DNA of 51,864 nucleotides, counting the filler, from Bipalium vagum (taxonomy: Eukaryota), in NCBI GenBank assembly GCA_037834085.1. It is 3 parts of 3 records of this genome, joined end to end, with 100 filler letters (N's around TTAATTAATTAA, not from the genome) between each part and the next. Parts side by side here need not be neighbours in the genome. Positions count along the whole stretch, not along the records: positions 31,663 to 51,864 come from JBBMKC010258331.1; 2 more parts are not named here. One strand, written 5' to 3'. How positions within the stretch are numbered: position 1 is the first letter of the stretch; the number at the start of each line of letters is the position of its first letter. This document shows, piece after piece, positions 51,789 to 51,864 of this stretch. Both the position numbers and the translations under genes were made by a program. The notes under the pieces were generated by a model. That model made no database searches, was not told the origin of the DNA, and worked only from the letters and a program-made list of their open reading frames with translations.

Positions 51789-51864
51789 ATACGTGGTGAC
51801 GTCAAAAAGTATCTAGAATGAAGCCGAAGGAACAATTATATTAGTATAAAAATTACATGAAAAG
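51789..51864. mobile_element. Possible mariner-type terminal inverted repeat at window edge
   Basis: TACGTGGTGACGTCAAAAAGTATC resembles mariner-family ends (TA-CG.G..G...TCAAAAAGT). No partner end is visible. Confidence 0.3.

Noticed and set aside
1-51864. CRISPR arrays, operons, rRNA/tRNA genes or prokaryotic defence systems
   Set aside because: The sequence is intron-containing animal DNA, and no repeat-spacer array or structural RNA gene was seen.

Overview
This is AT-rich eukaryotic (animal) genomic DNA, not prokaryotic. A planarian/flatworm-like source is plausible, but that is only an inference. The window holds three contigs joined by two artificial 100-bp spacers (44 N + TTAATTAATTAA + 44 N) at 15935-16034 and 31563-31662. 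Two spliced genes can be reconstructed by hand. (1) A netrin/UNC-6 family gene on the minus strand: signal peptide, laminin N-terminal domain and three laminin-EGF repeats in exons 29590-28504, 28427-28239 and 24189-24034. I found no NTR/C345C exon. (2) A 13-exon NSD/Mes-4 family H3K36 methyltransferase on the plus strand (44062-50701, 1357 aa, PWWP-PHDs-PWWP-AWS-SET-postSET-PHD-C5HCH). The rest is a graveyard of decayed transposons (Tc1, mariner, DD37E, DUF4817/rosa-type, pogo, Merlin, Gypsy integrase, Penelope), microsatellites, a foldback and a probable Rho-GTPase pseudogene. The most interesting points are active-site substitutions in the NSD SET domain, loss of the UNC5/heparan-binding Arg cluster in the netrin, and its possibly missing NTR domain. 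I found no convincing wholly novel system. All translations and alignments were done by eye, and transposon boundaries are approximate.
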